DNA of 62,909 nucleotides, filler included, from Basidiobolus ranarum (lineage: Eukaryota): the NCBI GenBank assembly GCA_040143965.1. It is 49 parts of 49 records of this genome, joined end to end, with 100 filler letters (N's around TTAATTAATTAA, not from the genome) between each part and the next. Parts side by side here need not be neighbours in the genome. Positions count along the whole stretch, not along the records: positions 1 to 1,191 come from JASJQH010006064.1; positions 1,292 to 2,482 come from JASJQH010006065.1; positions 2,583 to 3,773 come from JASJQH010006066.1; positions 3,874 to 5,063 come from JASJQH010006067.1; positions 5,164 to 6,353 come from JASJQH010006068.1; positions 6,454 to 7,643 come from JASJQH010006069.1; positions 7,744 to 8,933 come from JASJQH010006070.1; positions 9,034 to 10,223 come from JASJQH010006071.1; 41 more parts are not named here. One strand, 5' to 3'. This document shows, piece by piece, positions 1-12,342 of the stretch. Below the pieces are notes generated by a model. The model did not search any database. It saw only the letters and a list, made by a program, of their open reading frames with translations, and was not told the DNA's origin. The position numbers and the translations under genes are program-made. The first letter of the stretch is position 1. Every line of letters begins with the position of its first letter.

Positions 1-152
1 CAATTAATTGCATGCTCTCCATCTAGTCTAAATGCTCATTCCTCATTAATCCAAAAGCAACTACTGGCTTTCCTATCACCACCCTAAAGGCTATATTTGA
101 GAAAAACTGTGGCTCATATACTCCAATACCTACCAGAAAGCAGCTAGTCAGT

Positions 153-895
153 TTGTTTTGGTACTACAAAAACTATTGTCCAATCAGATTTCAGTGCACT
201 ATTAATGGTAGCAAAAGTTGGAGAAGCTTCCATACCAGGCTTCATTTAAGTGAAAATTATCTAGCTTCAGTGATGAATGAAGTTGAAGATGCCTGGGACA
301 AAAGATTTAAAAACTCCAATTTCCTTCCATTTCCTGGAGTATTTCCCAATAGAGTTCATGTCAGAAGTATTCTTGACACATTTCCAGTCAGCATTAACAG
401 GCCAAAAGCAACCAAAAGCTATTCTATTCTGGCAAGTACAAAGCCCACTGTGTAAAGTTCCAGGCTTTGACAGATTTGGAAGGAAACATCATTTGGTTTA
501 GTGGGCCACATCCAGGGAGACACCATGACAAAAGGCTTTGGGTTGAGAGGCATGCACCATTTGTAAGATATGAGAAGACTATGGCTGATTTGGCATATGT
601 TGGGGAAGAATGCAGAAGGCCAGGATGTGTCACTGCTAACAAGAGGCCCAGAGGAGGGATACTCACAGAGAGGCAAAAGCTTTATAATGACATTTTTTCC
701 CATTTTAGAGCAAGAGTAGAACATAGCTTTGGTTTCCTAAAGAGATATAGCATTGTAGCAGAAAAGTATAGAGGAAAAACATTTTGTGGGCCCCAATTAA
801 AGTTAGGCAAAGTAGTCAAAATCTTCTTTAATTCTCAATACATCCATACTCAAAGATATCCATTGAGAGCTCTAGACTTAAGACACTATGAGTAA
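153..895 (+). pseudogene. PIF/Harbinger (IS5-like, DDE_Tnp_4) transposase, frameshifted near 400-430
   Basis: Joining two frames gives ILDTFPVSINRPK / YSGKYKAHCVKFQ..TDLEGNIIWFSGPHPGRHHD / ADLAYVG / YN..FSHFRARVEHSFGFLKRY, the D-D-E motifs of this family. Confidence 0.88.
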
Positions 896-997
896 AGCTT
901 TCATTATCTTTTGAATGTGGAATAATGTCTAAAAGTACTTTTCTTAAACATACCACATAAGTAAAATAAACTGTTTCCAAAATGGTAAATAACATCG

Positions 998-1081
998 TGC
1001 CGGATAGTGCCCAATCATGCCAATTTGTGCAGGCACACTTTTTAGCTGGCCTGATCTGGCTCAATAAAATGGATCAAGTCT
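998..1081 (+). mobile_element. Right end (TIR and subterminal region) of the Harbinger-type element
   Basis: 84 bp nearly identical to the reverse complement of 60264-60347; similarity stops at ...GGATCAAGTCT. Confidence 0.8.
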
Positions 1082-1191
1082 TATGTATATAATATATATT
1101 CCAATATTCAGCTTTGTGATTTTTGTCTAAGTACTGTTCTCTAACTTAAATGGGATAGCTGCAATAGTTCCTTGTATAAAGATGGAGCTAC

Positions 1192-1291
1192 NNNNNNNNN
1201 NNNNNNNNNNNNNNNNNNNNNNNNNNNNNNNNNNNTTAATTAATTAANNNNNNNNNNNNNNNNNNNNNNNNNNNNNNNNNNNNNNNNNNNN
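1192..1291. other. Artificial contig linker N44-TTAATTAATTAA-N44 (first of 48, one every ~1.28-1.29 kb; last at 61629-61728)
   Basis: Identical 100-nt spacer with stop codons in all six frames; intervening contigs shrink monotonically from 1191 to 1181 bp. Confidence 0.99.
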
Positions 1292-2290
1292 AGGAAGCGG
1301 GGTAATGGTTAACATCGTCTCTTAAGACACCACCAGTGACGAAGCTAATGGCCATGTATAGGGTTGAGTTCTCAAGTGGATTTGTATCTCATGAGTACCG
1401 AGAATGCTAGTTTTCTTTGGTCACAGAAAATAGAGTTAGTGATATAGGGTTTGAATTGCCCTTCGATGGTACTAGCTATGCTTTTCAGCCACAGTGTTTG
1501 TGCTGCTGGTATAGCAGAGTATGATAAGGATGAAATTATGACTAACAAGCAATAGAAGAGCCAGTCATGAGAGCATCTTTTTTTGTCCACTGAGGCAATA
1601 TTGTAGGCGTTATCAATTCTATTCTTGAATCTAAGGCTGGTTGTTCTAGAATTCTGCAGTAGCTTAGCAGATCATTGGACGCTGCTAACCATTAGAACTG
1701 ACTTACCCCGGGCTCTCCCGATTGAACTAAAGGTGAGGTAAGTTACATGTGAGGTTGTATTTCATATCCATACTAGTGACCAAATAAATTACAAACTGCG
1801 CAACCTAGTTATCCATACAAAATCAATTTAGCAACGGTGCATCGCAGAAGTCATGAGTTACTGCTACCCAGATAAAAACATTGCAAAGGTTCACCAATTT
1901 GGGGAGATAAATTAATGATGCCGCGTTTAACCGAGTAAGTAAACTCGTGAGTTCGGTACATACAAATGCACTTGATAGTAAGCCCTGTATGAGGATATTT
2001 TTTGGTTACACCCGAACAAGTGAGATGTGATTCTCATTAACAAACGATGAACTGAGATATCACAAATAGGCGGAAACCTTTAGGATAATTGAGAAAAAGA
2101 AATAGCCTAGTGAAAGGCGTCAATTTTAAATACTCATAAAAGTATATAAGAGACCGCAACATTCAAATTGGAAATATCAAAATCTCTTCTCCGCTACTCA
2201 GGAGTCTATATCAGAATATAGAGCGTTTCTTCTCAACATATTCCAGTTGGCTTTACGAAATAACAGCGCAGTTCCGATATCACTCCAAAG

Positions 2291-2482
2291 ATGAATAGCG
2301 GCGATCAGGATTCCAACCAAGATGAGAAATCGAAGTACTTTAATGGTGAAGGTATCGACGAATTAACAATTGTTGAGAAAGGTGAGAGAGGAACAGGAGG
2401 ACAATGGGGAGGCCACAGTATGGTAAATGTCGAAACAGCCGAGCAAGAGTTCAAAGATCTTGGTCGTACCCTTACTCGAGAA
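2291..2482 (+). CDS. N-terminus of a probable ABCG/PDR-type ABC transporter (truncated by contig end)
   Basis: ATG start; VNVETAEQEFKDLGRTLTRE resembles the N-terminal motif of fungal full-size ABCG transporters; TATATAA about 145 nt upstream; CpG retained. Confidence 0.6.
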
Positions 2483-3576
2483 NNNNNNNNNNNNNNNNNN
2501 NNNNNNNNNNNNNNNNNNNNNNNNNNTTAATTAATTAANNNNNNNNNNNNNNNNNNNNNNNNNNNNNNNNNNNNNNNNNNNNATTCTTGAGGCGAACCTT
2601 TGCTGACGGTTTCATTCATAAGCGTCCCTATATTACTATTGGCTACATTGTTAATATCAAGTATGGTACTAAGAAAAGCCAATGGATACTTCAGCTTTAG
2701 TATAATTTAACTGATTTTTAACCGCGCCATCTATGTACTAATTAAAAGAATTATAGACATACAAGGAAAACTGCCACTTTCTTCGAGTAGAACTGGTAGT
2801 TGGTAGAAATGGTACTGATTGAAGGAATGTTCCGATATCTACGCAATCTAGATTGCTCCGAAAAGGGTTAACTGCAGTTGGCAGGTTAACAAGATATATC
2901 AAATACATACACCAGCGTAACTAGGAGGCTAAAGGTGATTGTGTGTTCTCAATGGAACTTATAGTTGCCTGTGATGGGCCGAGTGAGATTTTCTAATGAC
3001 AATAGTAGTCAAGTGGTATTGCTGAATGACAAAAGTCACTGCAGCCACCTGACTCTCATGACTACTAAGCCATGGTTTTGTACTTCAAATAGTAAAGCAT
3101 ATACATTCATCATGTACATCGTGAAAAACATCAGCCAAGACAAAAATCCACAGACTGTACCAACAAAAATCTAGGAATTTTACAGAAAACCAAACAATTT
3201 GCCAGCTTTGGTGGATTCGAAATACCTGTTATTTCCAATTTTGTATACGTGCACAAGATGTAGTTCTCTTCATGATTCTTGACCCAACTTACTCGACTGG
3301 TCTTTGGATATGACGTAATCTGATCTTGACGTGTTACAAATAGTTGCTTTCTCGGTGATATTTACAGTGACATTTCATTAAATAATCTCATCCCGCACTC
3401 CTGCTCATTCAGTGTGCACTATTACCATAACTTGAGGTGGAAAAAGAGACAGAAACATTGCTACCAGCCTTTTCCGCCTTTAGGTGGGATGAAAATCACC
3501 ATATGGTGTGGACTCTATTTAGCTTAAATACTGATCTAAACAAAGTGACAATCTAGACATTAATCTTTTAAGATAC

Positions 3577-3668
3577 TGTGACAATACTGGATCATATCCA
3601 TACTTAACTTGATGACCAATATAATCAAGTTCAGAGGATGTAAATATAGTGTTAAGGGTTAGGGGGGG
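3577..3668 (+). repeat. Dispersed LTR-like repeat starting TGTGACAA
   Basis: Matches the reverse complement of about 32035-32115. Confidence 0.6.
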
Positions 3669-3873
3669 AGACAGTCACCAACAGGTGAAATCTTTATTTC
3701 AAACAAAACAAAGAAGCCATAACTACTTTTGTAGTTTCTTAACTAATGTATGGAGATCAGGAGTATTGGTATGNNNNNNNNNNNNNNNNNNNNNNNNNNN
3801 NNNNNNNNNNNNNNNNNTTAATTAATTAANNNNNNNNNNNNNNNNNNNNNNNNNNNNNNNNNNNNNNNNNNNN

Positions 3874-5063
3874 TTTTCCCAATTGATTCAAACTTGGATC
3901 CTATCTCAAATGGCTGATTCATTTTGAACTTTCCACTATATAGATGATGAAGTAGTATCGGAATGTTGTTGAGTAGTAAGTGCATAGTGACTAATGGGAA
4001 GCTTTGCCTCAAGCTGATCTTCTTTAGCTAATTGATCTTAGGCTTAAAGCTAATACTAACTTTGATGTTAGACTATTTGGTGAATTGATATCAGTGATCA
4101 TGGTGAAATCAGACTGGCCTCTTTACAGTAGAATCATGGAGTTTAGTTTTGTATTTGGATTGTATTAATGTATATGTCTGATTGAGTAGACTCCATTGAT
4201 TTGACAAAGTCTACAGCAAGATAGTGCATTGTGCCCACAAAAACCTCCAAGTTTACTGAAGGCAGGAGTGTCACCAATACATACAATGATAATAGCTTTA
4301 ATAAATATTCATCCATGTGAGCCCCCTTAGATAACTATTCAAATTCCGCCATCAAAGGCTACAAGAAGCTATCTATAAGCACTAGTAATTTAGGTCCAGA
4401 TATGATGGATAGTATCAAAATATTATGACTGTTATACCATTCAGAAGGAGGAAGATTTATGATAATAAGAATTATTGGCCAGCAAGCCTTTCCAATGATA
4501 TATTTTTTATTGACAAACCATCCAGAGCCAATGCTAATGCATGATGATACATGTTCTCAAAGAAACCTTGACTTTTCAGATTCTGGTGGTGATATCCATC
4601 AAATATATTGATAATACCATCTGCTCTATGGTGAGTACTGTGGTATTGGATCTATGATCTATATTTGGGTGATTTCATCACAACTTTAAGATGGGGAATC
4701 AATGGTATGTAAGCCAAATGTGAACAATATATACTTGATTTAGTGAATACCAATTGTGTGCAAACAGTGCATGACTTCAGGTTCTTCAGATCACCAGTGA
4801 AAGCCAAAGAGCCATTTGGACATGAAGGTAGTTTAATTATTGAAGGATTATAAGTCATACAATTGACAAGTGTTTTCTACTTCTACCAGGTCTGTGGTAA
4901 GCAACAGTTGCCAATCAACTGTGGTAAAAGTGTAAGAAAACCAATAAACACCTGGTTGCTAAGATTTTATTGAACTCTCCACTCCTCAACAGTCAAAGCT
5001 GCTCCCTTTAATGTAAGTATTATGAGTGGACTAATGCTTGCCAATAACAAACAGTCCATAACA
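3874..5063 (-). mobile_element. Decayed CACTA/EnSpm-like (Transposase_21/Tnp2-type) transposase
   Basis: CPNG.LAFT..C..C, YIPLIPHL, WPIILI.INLPP, GDTPA, GHNA..C.LC.ING and FPL.TMHLL remnants with stops and frameshifts. Confidence 0.82.
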
Positions 5064-5163
5064 NNNNNNNNNNNNNNNNNNNNNNNNNNNNNNNNNNNNN
5101 NNNNNNNTTAATTAATTAANNNNNNNNNNNNNNNNNNNNNNNNNNNNNNNNNNNNNNNNNNNN

Positions 5164-6353
5164 AAGTATTGCAAGAAACCAGCCCATTTAATCAAAGATT
5201 GCAGAAAAAGGATTTTTGCCAAAATGCTTAAATTAGAATGAGCAAATGAAGTAAGTACTGATAGAGATCATCTAGTTGTGTCTGCCCTATTGGTAACCAC
5301 TAAAGAAGACTCAGAAAAGTGGTAAATTGATTCAGATGCTTCCCAGCATATATCAAACAGGAATGGTTGATATTTCCAGCTTAAAACCAATCCAAACAAG
5401 GAAAGTTTACTTAGATGATGACTATGGACCTGTTCTCTTTGATAGTGCCATATTGTGCTGTATATATCATATTGGATAAAGTATTCCAAAATTTATACGG
5501 CACAATTTGGCACTATCCATCACCCTCTGGCATGATCAACTTCAATCACATCTACTCTAATACATTGATCCAAGGTCCAATAAATCCTGGCACAATGGAA
5601 CAAGTCTTACGCACCAGATGCAGCTGGTAAGGGCACATTTGTACTCAATTCAGACCAAAATTCAGTTACACTATCTGCACAGTTAGGTGATGTACTCTAT
5701 GTACCATATATAGCCAAGAATCTACTCTCAGTAAGTCAAGCAGCAACTCAAGGACCAAATTTTATGTTCAGAAAGACTGGATGGACTATCACATATCAGA
5801 ATAATACCAAATTAGCTACTGGGATCATAACTTAGAGCTTATTCAAGCTAAAAATCAACAAATTCTACTCTGAGCATGGAAACTTGGCCAAAACTGGTGA
5901 AATAAGCTGTCAAATGTGGCATGCAAGATTAGGACACATTGGGGAGCAAAAACTGACCCAAATGATTTAAACCTAGCTTGTTTCAGGCTTGGAAATTAGA
6001 AATGTCACTAAATTAGATCTGTGTGAAGGTTACATATATGGAAAACATAACCAATAGCCGTTTTCAAGCTCTGGAGAGATCAAATCCACTCAGAATTTTG
6101 TCCAGATTCATTTTGACCTATGTGGGCCCATGAAAGCATCTCACTAGATGGAAAAAAAGTACTTTATGACCTTTATTATTGTTAAACAAGATATACTTGG
6201 GTACTCTTTCTCAAATCAAAATCTGAAGTGTTAGCTGCATTTAAGCACTGCAAAGCAATGGTAGAGAAAGAACCAGCACAAAAAATAAGGGGACCAAGGA
6301 GTGGTGATGTTGGACTTTACTGCCCTAAAGACTTTGCTAGTTTTTGCTCTAAA
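5164..6353 (+). mobile_element. Ty1/copia gag zinc knuckle-protease-integrase remnant
   Basis: IDSDASQH, WHARLGH, C.G....K and IHFDLCGPM motifs with many stops. Confidence 0.88.
5426..5607. mobile_element. 182-bp Harbinger-related MITE inserted in a copia protease region
   Basis: Ends GGACCTGTTC...GAACAAGTCT; flanked by TAT/TAC; internal 24-bp inverted repeat (5441-5464 vs about 5494-5518); removing it restores DDYAPDAAG. Confidence 0.8.
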
Positions 6354-6453
6354 NNNNNNNNNNNNNNNNNNNNNNNNNNNNNNNNNNNNNNNNNNNNTTA
6401 ATTAATTAANNNNNNNNNNNNNNNNNNNNNNNNNNNNNNNNNNNNNNNNNNNN

Positions 6454-7643
6454 TCTTGGGGTCTTCACTCGAGCACAAGTATAACAGGTGGAAGCATAAG
6501 TCTTGACAAATGCAAACATTTTGGGCCACCAATAATCCCTGAATGCCAACATTTATGATTTGGCAAAACCAAAGTGTCCTGCTAGTGGTGAGTCATGTCT
6601 TTGCTGCATGATTTTGAGTCTGGAAGTGTGGTCTGGAATGTAACGGTGCTTCTTATAGAATAAGAGATTATTGATGATGGAGAAATGGCGGTACATGTTC
6701 AAGCTTGAGAGTTCTTTGGGTGCTTACTGGGCTTTCTTGATTGATATTACCAATGGGTCTTCTGATTGAAATTTGTGGAAGTCTTCATGGAATGTGCTTG
6801 AACTAGGCAGAGAGAGGGCAGTTGCACTAATTTGAAGTTAGTGGGGCTTCAGTAAGGAAGTATTTTGTGGGCCAAAGGCCTCATCCCCTTCTTTAGGCTG
6901 ATATTCTGCTCTGCATGATAAGGCATCAGGTTTTTGTTCCTGGCTACCTGGTCAATATGTAATCACAAAATCAAAACTGGCAAGAAATAATGACCATCTT
7001 GCTTGACAACATTTGAGAACTTTGGTTTTACTAAAATACAGAAGATTCTTGTGATCAAAATAAACTGAGATTTTGTGATTTGCTCCATCCAAGTATTGTG
7101 GCCATTGTTCAAATGCAGCAATAATTGCTAATAGTTCCTTGTCATAGATGCCATAGTTGATTTCTGTGGCAGAGAACTTTCTTGAGTAAAAGGCAATAGG
7201 GTGCAGTAAGTTGTCATCATCAAACTGTGATAGTCCTGCACCTAGAGCAAAGTTGGATGCATCAGTTTCAACAATAAATGGCTTGTCTAGCTTGGGATGT
7301 GCCAGGATTTGTGCTGAGGTAAAAGCTCTCTTTAAAGTTACAAATGCTTGTTGGCAAGATGTGTACCAGTCAAGTGGGAGTTCTTTCTTTGTGAGGATTG
7401 TTAATGGAGCAGATATTTTGTAGTAGTTCTTGACAAACCATTGGTAAAAGTTTCCAAATCCAAGGAAAGATTGGACATCCTTCACATTCTTGGGAGTATC
7501 CCTAACAAAAAAGAGTTCTTTCTTTGTGAGGCTTGTTAATGGAGCAGATATTTTGGAGTAGTTCTTGACAAACCATTGGTAAAAGTTTCCAAATCCAAGG
7601 AAAGATTGGACATCCTTCACATTCTTGGGAGTATCCCAAACAA
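6454..7643 (-). mobile_element. Ty3/gypsy (Tf1/chromovirus-like) RT connection, RNase H and integrase zinc-finger remnant
   Basis: VQSFLGFGNFY, VETDASNFALGA.LSQ, NYGIYDKELLAI, DHKNL, QARW, HDSPLAGHFG. Confidence 0.93.
7378..7643. repeat. 135-bp in-frame tandem duplication within gypsy pol
   Basis: GAGTTCTTTCTTTGTGAGG starts at 7378 and 7513; the peptide KDVQSFLGFGNFYQWFVKNY occurs twice. Confidence 0.92.
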
Positions 7644-7743
7644 NNNNNNNNNNNNNNNNNNNNNNNNNNNNNNNNNNNNNNNNNNNNTTAATTAATTAAN
7701 NNNNNNNNNNNNNNNNNNNNNNNNNNNNNNNNNNNNNNNNNNN

Positions 7744-8930
7744 CTCATATTTTCAGCTCCTAGCTGACCCAAACTCCTATGCTGGATTTTCCAGTCCATC
7801 TCTTCGGCTGTGGCAATATTAACTTGTTCATATATTGGCCTAATAGAATGAAGTTTATAGAAGTTATTTTGCTTAGCTCCACAAGCTACGTAATTCCCTG
7901 TTTGATCCCTGATTATACAGCCATTTTGATCAAATTTATTGCTATATCTCTCAGATATAGCTTTACTTACTGATAACAAATTTTTTGCTATCCCAGGCAC
8001 ATATAGCACATTTTTCAGTGTCAAATACATGTCTCCAGAGACACCCCCACAATCCACTTCAATTTCTCCCACTCCCAGCGCTTCCAGTGGCCGGTCATCT
8101 CTCATATAAACCTTCTTATTTGTGTTAATTTTGAGTGTCTTAAATCAGTGTTTTTGATTAGAGAAATGCTGAGAGGCTCCAGAATTAATATACCACAACC
8201 TACAATCTTGTTCAGAGGTCACTGATAGGGCAGAAACAATTAAAACTTTATCTTTGGCTAAAACCTGATTTGCTTGTTCTGACTTCTCATTTTTGTTGAA
8301 ATTTCTTAAATTGCAATCTTTTGACTGTTGTCCTGATTCTTATTCCAAATTCTTACTTCTGAGGTGTTGATCCATTAGCTTTGCCACCACAAACTTCAAA
8401 GACAACTTGTCAGATCTTGCTTCCAAAGCTGTGACTAAGTTTGAATACTGTTCTATTAGACTACTTAGAAGACTCATAATTACATCTTCTTCATGTAAAG
8501 TTGCACCAATATTCCCCAGTGGTTTTGCTAAAGATCTCACATTTGATATGTGAGTAACCATGCTTTCAGACTTGTCCATCTTAATATTGAAGAATTTTTG
8601 TCTCAGAATGAGTCTATTAACAAGACTCTTTGCTTCGTGGCACTCTTCAAATATACTTCAAGCTTGATGAGAAGTCTTTGCAAATTGAGTATTCACATGT
8701 GGTGAATCCTTCAAACTTTGACAAATGACAGTAAAGGTCTTCTTGTCTCTTTTCTTGTAAGCTTCCAAAAAAATAGGGTCAGAAGTTACCTTTTCATCTC
8801 CAGAGAATACATCCCAAAGCTCCCTGTTTTCCAGCTTGATCAGCATCTTGAACTACCAGAAATTGTAATATTTTCCATCAAGCTTTTCAATACCTGAGTT
8901 AATAAAAGTGGTAGTTGTGATTTCTGTCAT
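7744..8930 (-). mobile_element. Ty1/copia gag (UBN2-type)-protease remnant
   Basis: IEKLDG.YYNFW, LVTALEAR, YINSGASQHF, NVLYVPGIAKNLLSVS. Confidence 0.9.
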
Positions 8931-9112
8931 GCTNNNNNNNNNNNNNNNNNNNNNNNNNNNNNNNNNNNNNNNNNNNNTTAATTAATTAANNNNNNNNNNN
9001 NNNNNNNNNNNNNNNNNNNNNNNNNNNNNNNNNCTGGACAATAAATAGTTATCTCACAAAGCTATTCACAACCACACTTTTCTAAAGTTCCTCCAAACCA
9101 CCCATATTTACC

Positions 9113-9670
9113 CAATACATTTAAGATCAAATTTTCAGTTCTTGATTCTAGAGCCATTACTAGGCTCTGAAACTTGTGTGGCAGGTTATTCGGGACTCTA
9201 ACTATGATAGCTAGATCAGTAGTAGGTACTTCAATGCATTCTATTTCATCCATCAAAATAGTGACTCTATTGATGAGTGATTTAACATCTTCTCCAGGCT
9301 TCATCTTTAGGTTAAAGAATTGTTTCTTAGAAACATCTTTTTAGCAGCAGAACTTGTTTGGTAGGTATCTTCCAAGGCTTTCCATACCTTCTTGGCAGTT
9401 TTAGCTCTTGAACATTGAATTAGCAATTTGTTTTTCACATTAAGACACATTGTGTTAATGGCACTTTGTTCTTTTTTAACTTGAAGTGAAACTTTGGTTA
9501 CAGATAGCTTTGCATTGTTTTCTTCTCCTACAACAGTGTCCCAAAGTCCTCTGTCTTGCTGCAGCATTTTCATTTTAACTTTCCTAACTTGATTATTGAT
9601 TCCATCCAATTTTTCAGAAGAGGGAAATATTCCATGAGTTTGAGAAGTAGACATTACAGAAAGTGCAAGC
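9113..9670 (-). mobile_element. Ty1/copia gag 5' region (family A)
   Basis: EKLDGIN..V.KVKMKML..RGLWD.V and LVMALESR, directly downstream of PBS and LTR. Confidence 0.88.
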
Positions 9671-9672
9671 TT

Positions 9673-9685
9673 GGGGCTCATAACC
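9673..9685 (-). promoter_or_regulatory. Primer-binding site complementary to the anticodon arm of initiator tRNA-Met (half-tRNA priming)
   Basis: Minus strand reads ...TTCAACA|GGTTATGAGCCCC; the complement GGGCTCATAACC is the fungal tRNA-iMet anticodon stem-loop. Confidence 0.85.
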
Positions 9686-10032
9686 TGTTGAAGTATTTGG
9701 GAGCCTGTTGGGAGTGGTTTGGAGAATTAGAGGAATGTGTGGGTTTCACTTATTGATTTATTATGTAGAAAGTTGACATTTTTAGTTTTGTCAAGATGTA
9801 AATAGATAACATGTAGAATATGTTAAGGAAGGTCCCAGGAATGTGTGTGCAAAGTTTGAGGCTTCTAGCACAAGTTTGAAGAATATATATATCTGAGAAC
9901 TTCTAATTTGGTAAAAATATTCAAAGTATATTTGGATTGAAAATAAAGGATAATATCTTAGTGAACTGTAAGGTAACTAAGTACTAAGCTATGTAACACT
10001 ATATAAGTGTTTAGGCAAAGCTAATTTCAACA
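9686..10032 (-). repeat. Copia LTR family A, 5' LTR (347 bp)
   Basis: TGTTGAA...TTCAACA termini; homologous to 32909-33256, 45342-45689, 47987-48333 and 52976-53321. Confidence 0.92.
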
Positions 10033-10323
10033 ATATTAATTCTGGAGCTTCCCAACATTTCACAAATGAAAATCATTGGTTTGTGTAATATGAAAAAATC
10101 CCAAATAGAAAGGTTTTTGTTGGAGGATCTTGACATAATGGGGTAGACTTTGAGTATTAGAAGCAACTTATGATAGTGTGTTTTAGTTAGTTTATTCTTA
10201 AGAGTATATGGTGACTTATATAGNNNNNNNNNNNNNNNNNNNNNNNNNNNNNNNNNNNNNNNNNNNNTTAATTAATTAANNNNNNNNNNNNNNNNNNNNN
10301 NNNNNNNNNNNNNNNNNNNNNNN

Positions 10324-11512
10324 ATGAAAATGCTGCTGCATGAAAAAGAATTTTGGGACACTGCTGTAGATGAAAACAATGCAAAACTATCTGAAACCAA
10401 AGTTTTACTCCAGGTTAAAAAAGAACAAAGTTCCTTTAACACAATTTGTCTTAATGCTAAAGATAAATTTCTAATTCAAAGCTCAAGAGCTAAAACTACC
10501 AAGAAGGTATGGAAGGCCTTGGAAGACACCTACTAAACAAGTTCTGCTGCCAACAAGATGTTTCTAAGAAGACAATTCTTTTACTTAAAGATGAAGCCAG
10601 GAGAAGACATTAAATGACTAATTAATAGAGTCACTATTTTAGTAGATGAAATGGAATGCATTGGAGTACCTACCACAGATCAAGATATCACAGTTACAGA
10701 CCTGAATAGCCTGCCACATGAGTTTCAGAGCCCAGTAATGGCTCTTGAATCAAGAACTCCAAATTTGGCCTTAAATTATGTATTTGGCAGACTTCTGGAT
10801 GAAGGTATATGCAAATCAGGACCCAACCAAAAGAATGAGGAAAATGCTTTAATAGCCTATGGGAAACCTCCTATAAAGGTCAAAAGTACTTTAAGAAGAA
10901 AAGTAACACATTTTATGATTATTGTAAAAGAACTGGCCATTTGAGCAAAGGTTGCTTTAGAAGAATTGCAAAACAAGAAAAACATACTGAATCTGGAAAT
11001 GTGGTTACAGCAGAAGATCACCTGTTCATTTCTGCTCTATCTATGACTACCAACAAGGATTCTCAGATGTAGTATATTGATTCTGGAGCCTCCCAACATT
11101 GCACAAATGCAATACATTGGTTTGTGAATTACAAAGAAATTCCAATTAGAAAGGTTTTCATGGGAGATGACCACACATTGGATGCTGTTGGAATGGGAAC
11201 AATTCAAGTCAATTTAGCTGGAGCTTCTGAAGAGAAAGAATATACACTTAAGGATGTACTACACATGCAGATATTGCCAAGAATTTAATATTTGTATGCA
11301 AGCCCACCTGAGAAGGGCTAAAATTCAATTTTGTCTGGATGCACCATCACTGATCAAAATGGGAATTATTTAGCTTTGGGAGAAAGGATCAGCCTTATAC
11401 AAACTTACATATAATCCAAGAGGTTTATGTGTAAATATCAGTAATTCCAATCAAGGAACTATTCAATTATGGCTTAAGAGGTTTGGACATATTGGATTTG
11501 ATTATTTGAGCA
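10324..11512 (+). mobile_element. Ty1/copia gag-zinc knuckle-protease remnant
   Basis: Family A gag, YCK.TGHL..C knuckle, YIDSGASQH, WLKRFGH. Confidence 0.88.
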
Positions 11513-11612
11513 NNNNNNNNNNNNNNNNNNNNNNNNNNNNNNNNNNNNNNNNNNNNTTAATTAATTAANNNNNNNNNNNNNNNNNNNNNNNNNNNNNNNN
11601 NNNNNNNNNNNN

Positions 11613-12331
11613 TGGATCAATATGGCCCAAAATATGTCATTTGAAAGCCCTGAGTTCCCTTATGAATCTATGGTAGGTAGTGTGATCTATGATATAACTG
11701 GAACCTGGCCAGATATCTCCTTTGCAGTGGGAGTAGTCAGCCAACATGTGCAAGAACTAGGATCAGAGCATTATGCAGCAGTTAAGTAGATTTTCAGTTA
11801 GTTGAAGGGGACAATTGATCTAAGACTAAGATACACATATTCTTATGTGAGTAAGGATCTAATTGGGTTTAGTGATACGGATTGGGGATGTGATATTGAG
11901 GACAGAAGATCTATCACTAGATTCACCTTCTCTACAGTGAAGCAGCCATATCTAGGAATAGCAAGAAACAACCCACCATAGCACTTTCAACAACTGAAGC
12001 AGAGTACATGGCAGCATCACATACAACAAAGGAGGCCATGTGGCTAAGAAAACTGCTCAAAGACTTGAGCATTTTTCAAAGTTTGCCCATCATAATTTTC
12101 AAGGATACTCAAAGTTGTATTTCTTTAGCTAAAAATCCCAAATTTCATGTTAGAAGTAAGCACATTGACATTCAACATCACTTTGTTAGGGAAGCTATTG
12201 AGAATAAGAACATCCAACTACAGTACTGTCCAACTGAGGACATGCTTGCTGACATCCTTACCAAACAATTACCCAAGCCAAAATTTGAAGAATCAAGATT
12301 TAAGTTAGGATCAAGATATATGACTATTTAG
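11613..12331 (+). mobile_element. Ty1/copia RT C-terminus and RNase H remnant
   Basis: GTWPDI, SD.DWG, ALSTTEAEYMA, RSKHIDIQHHFVRE, MLADILTK.L. Confidence 0.93.
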
Positions 12332-12342
12332 TTGAAAGGGAG

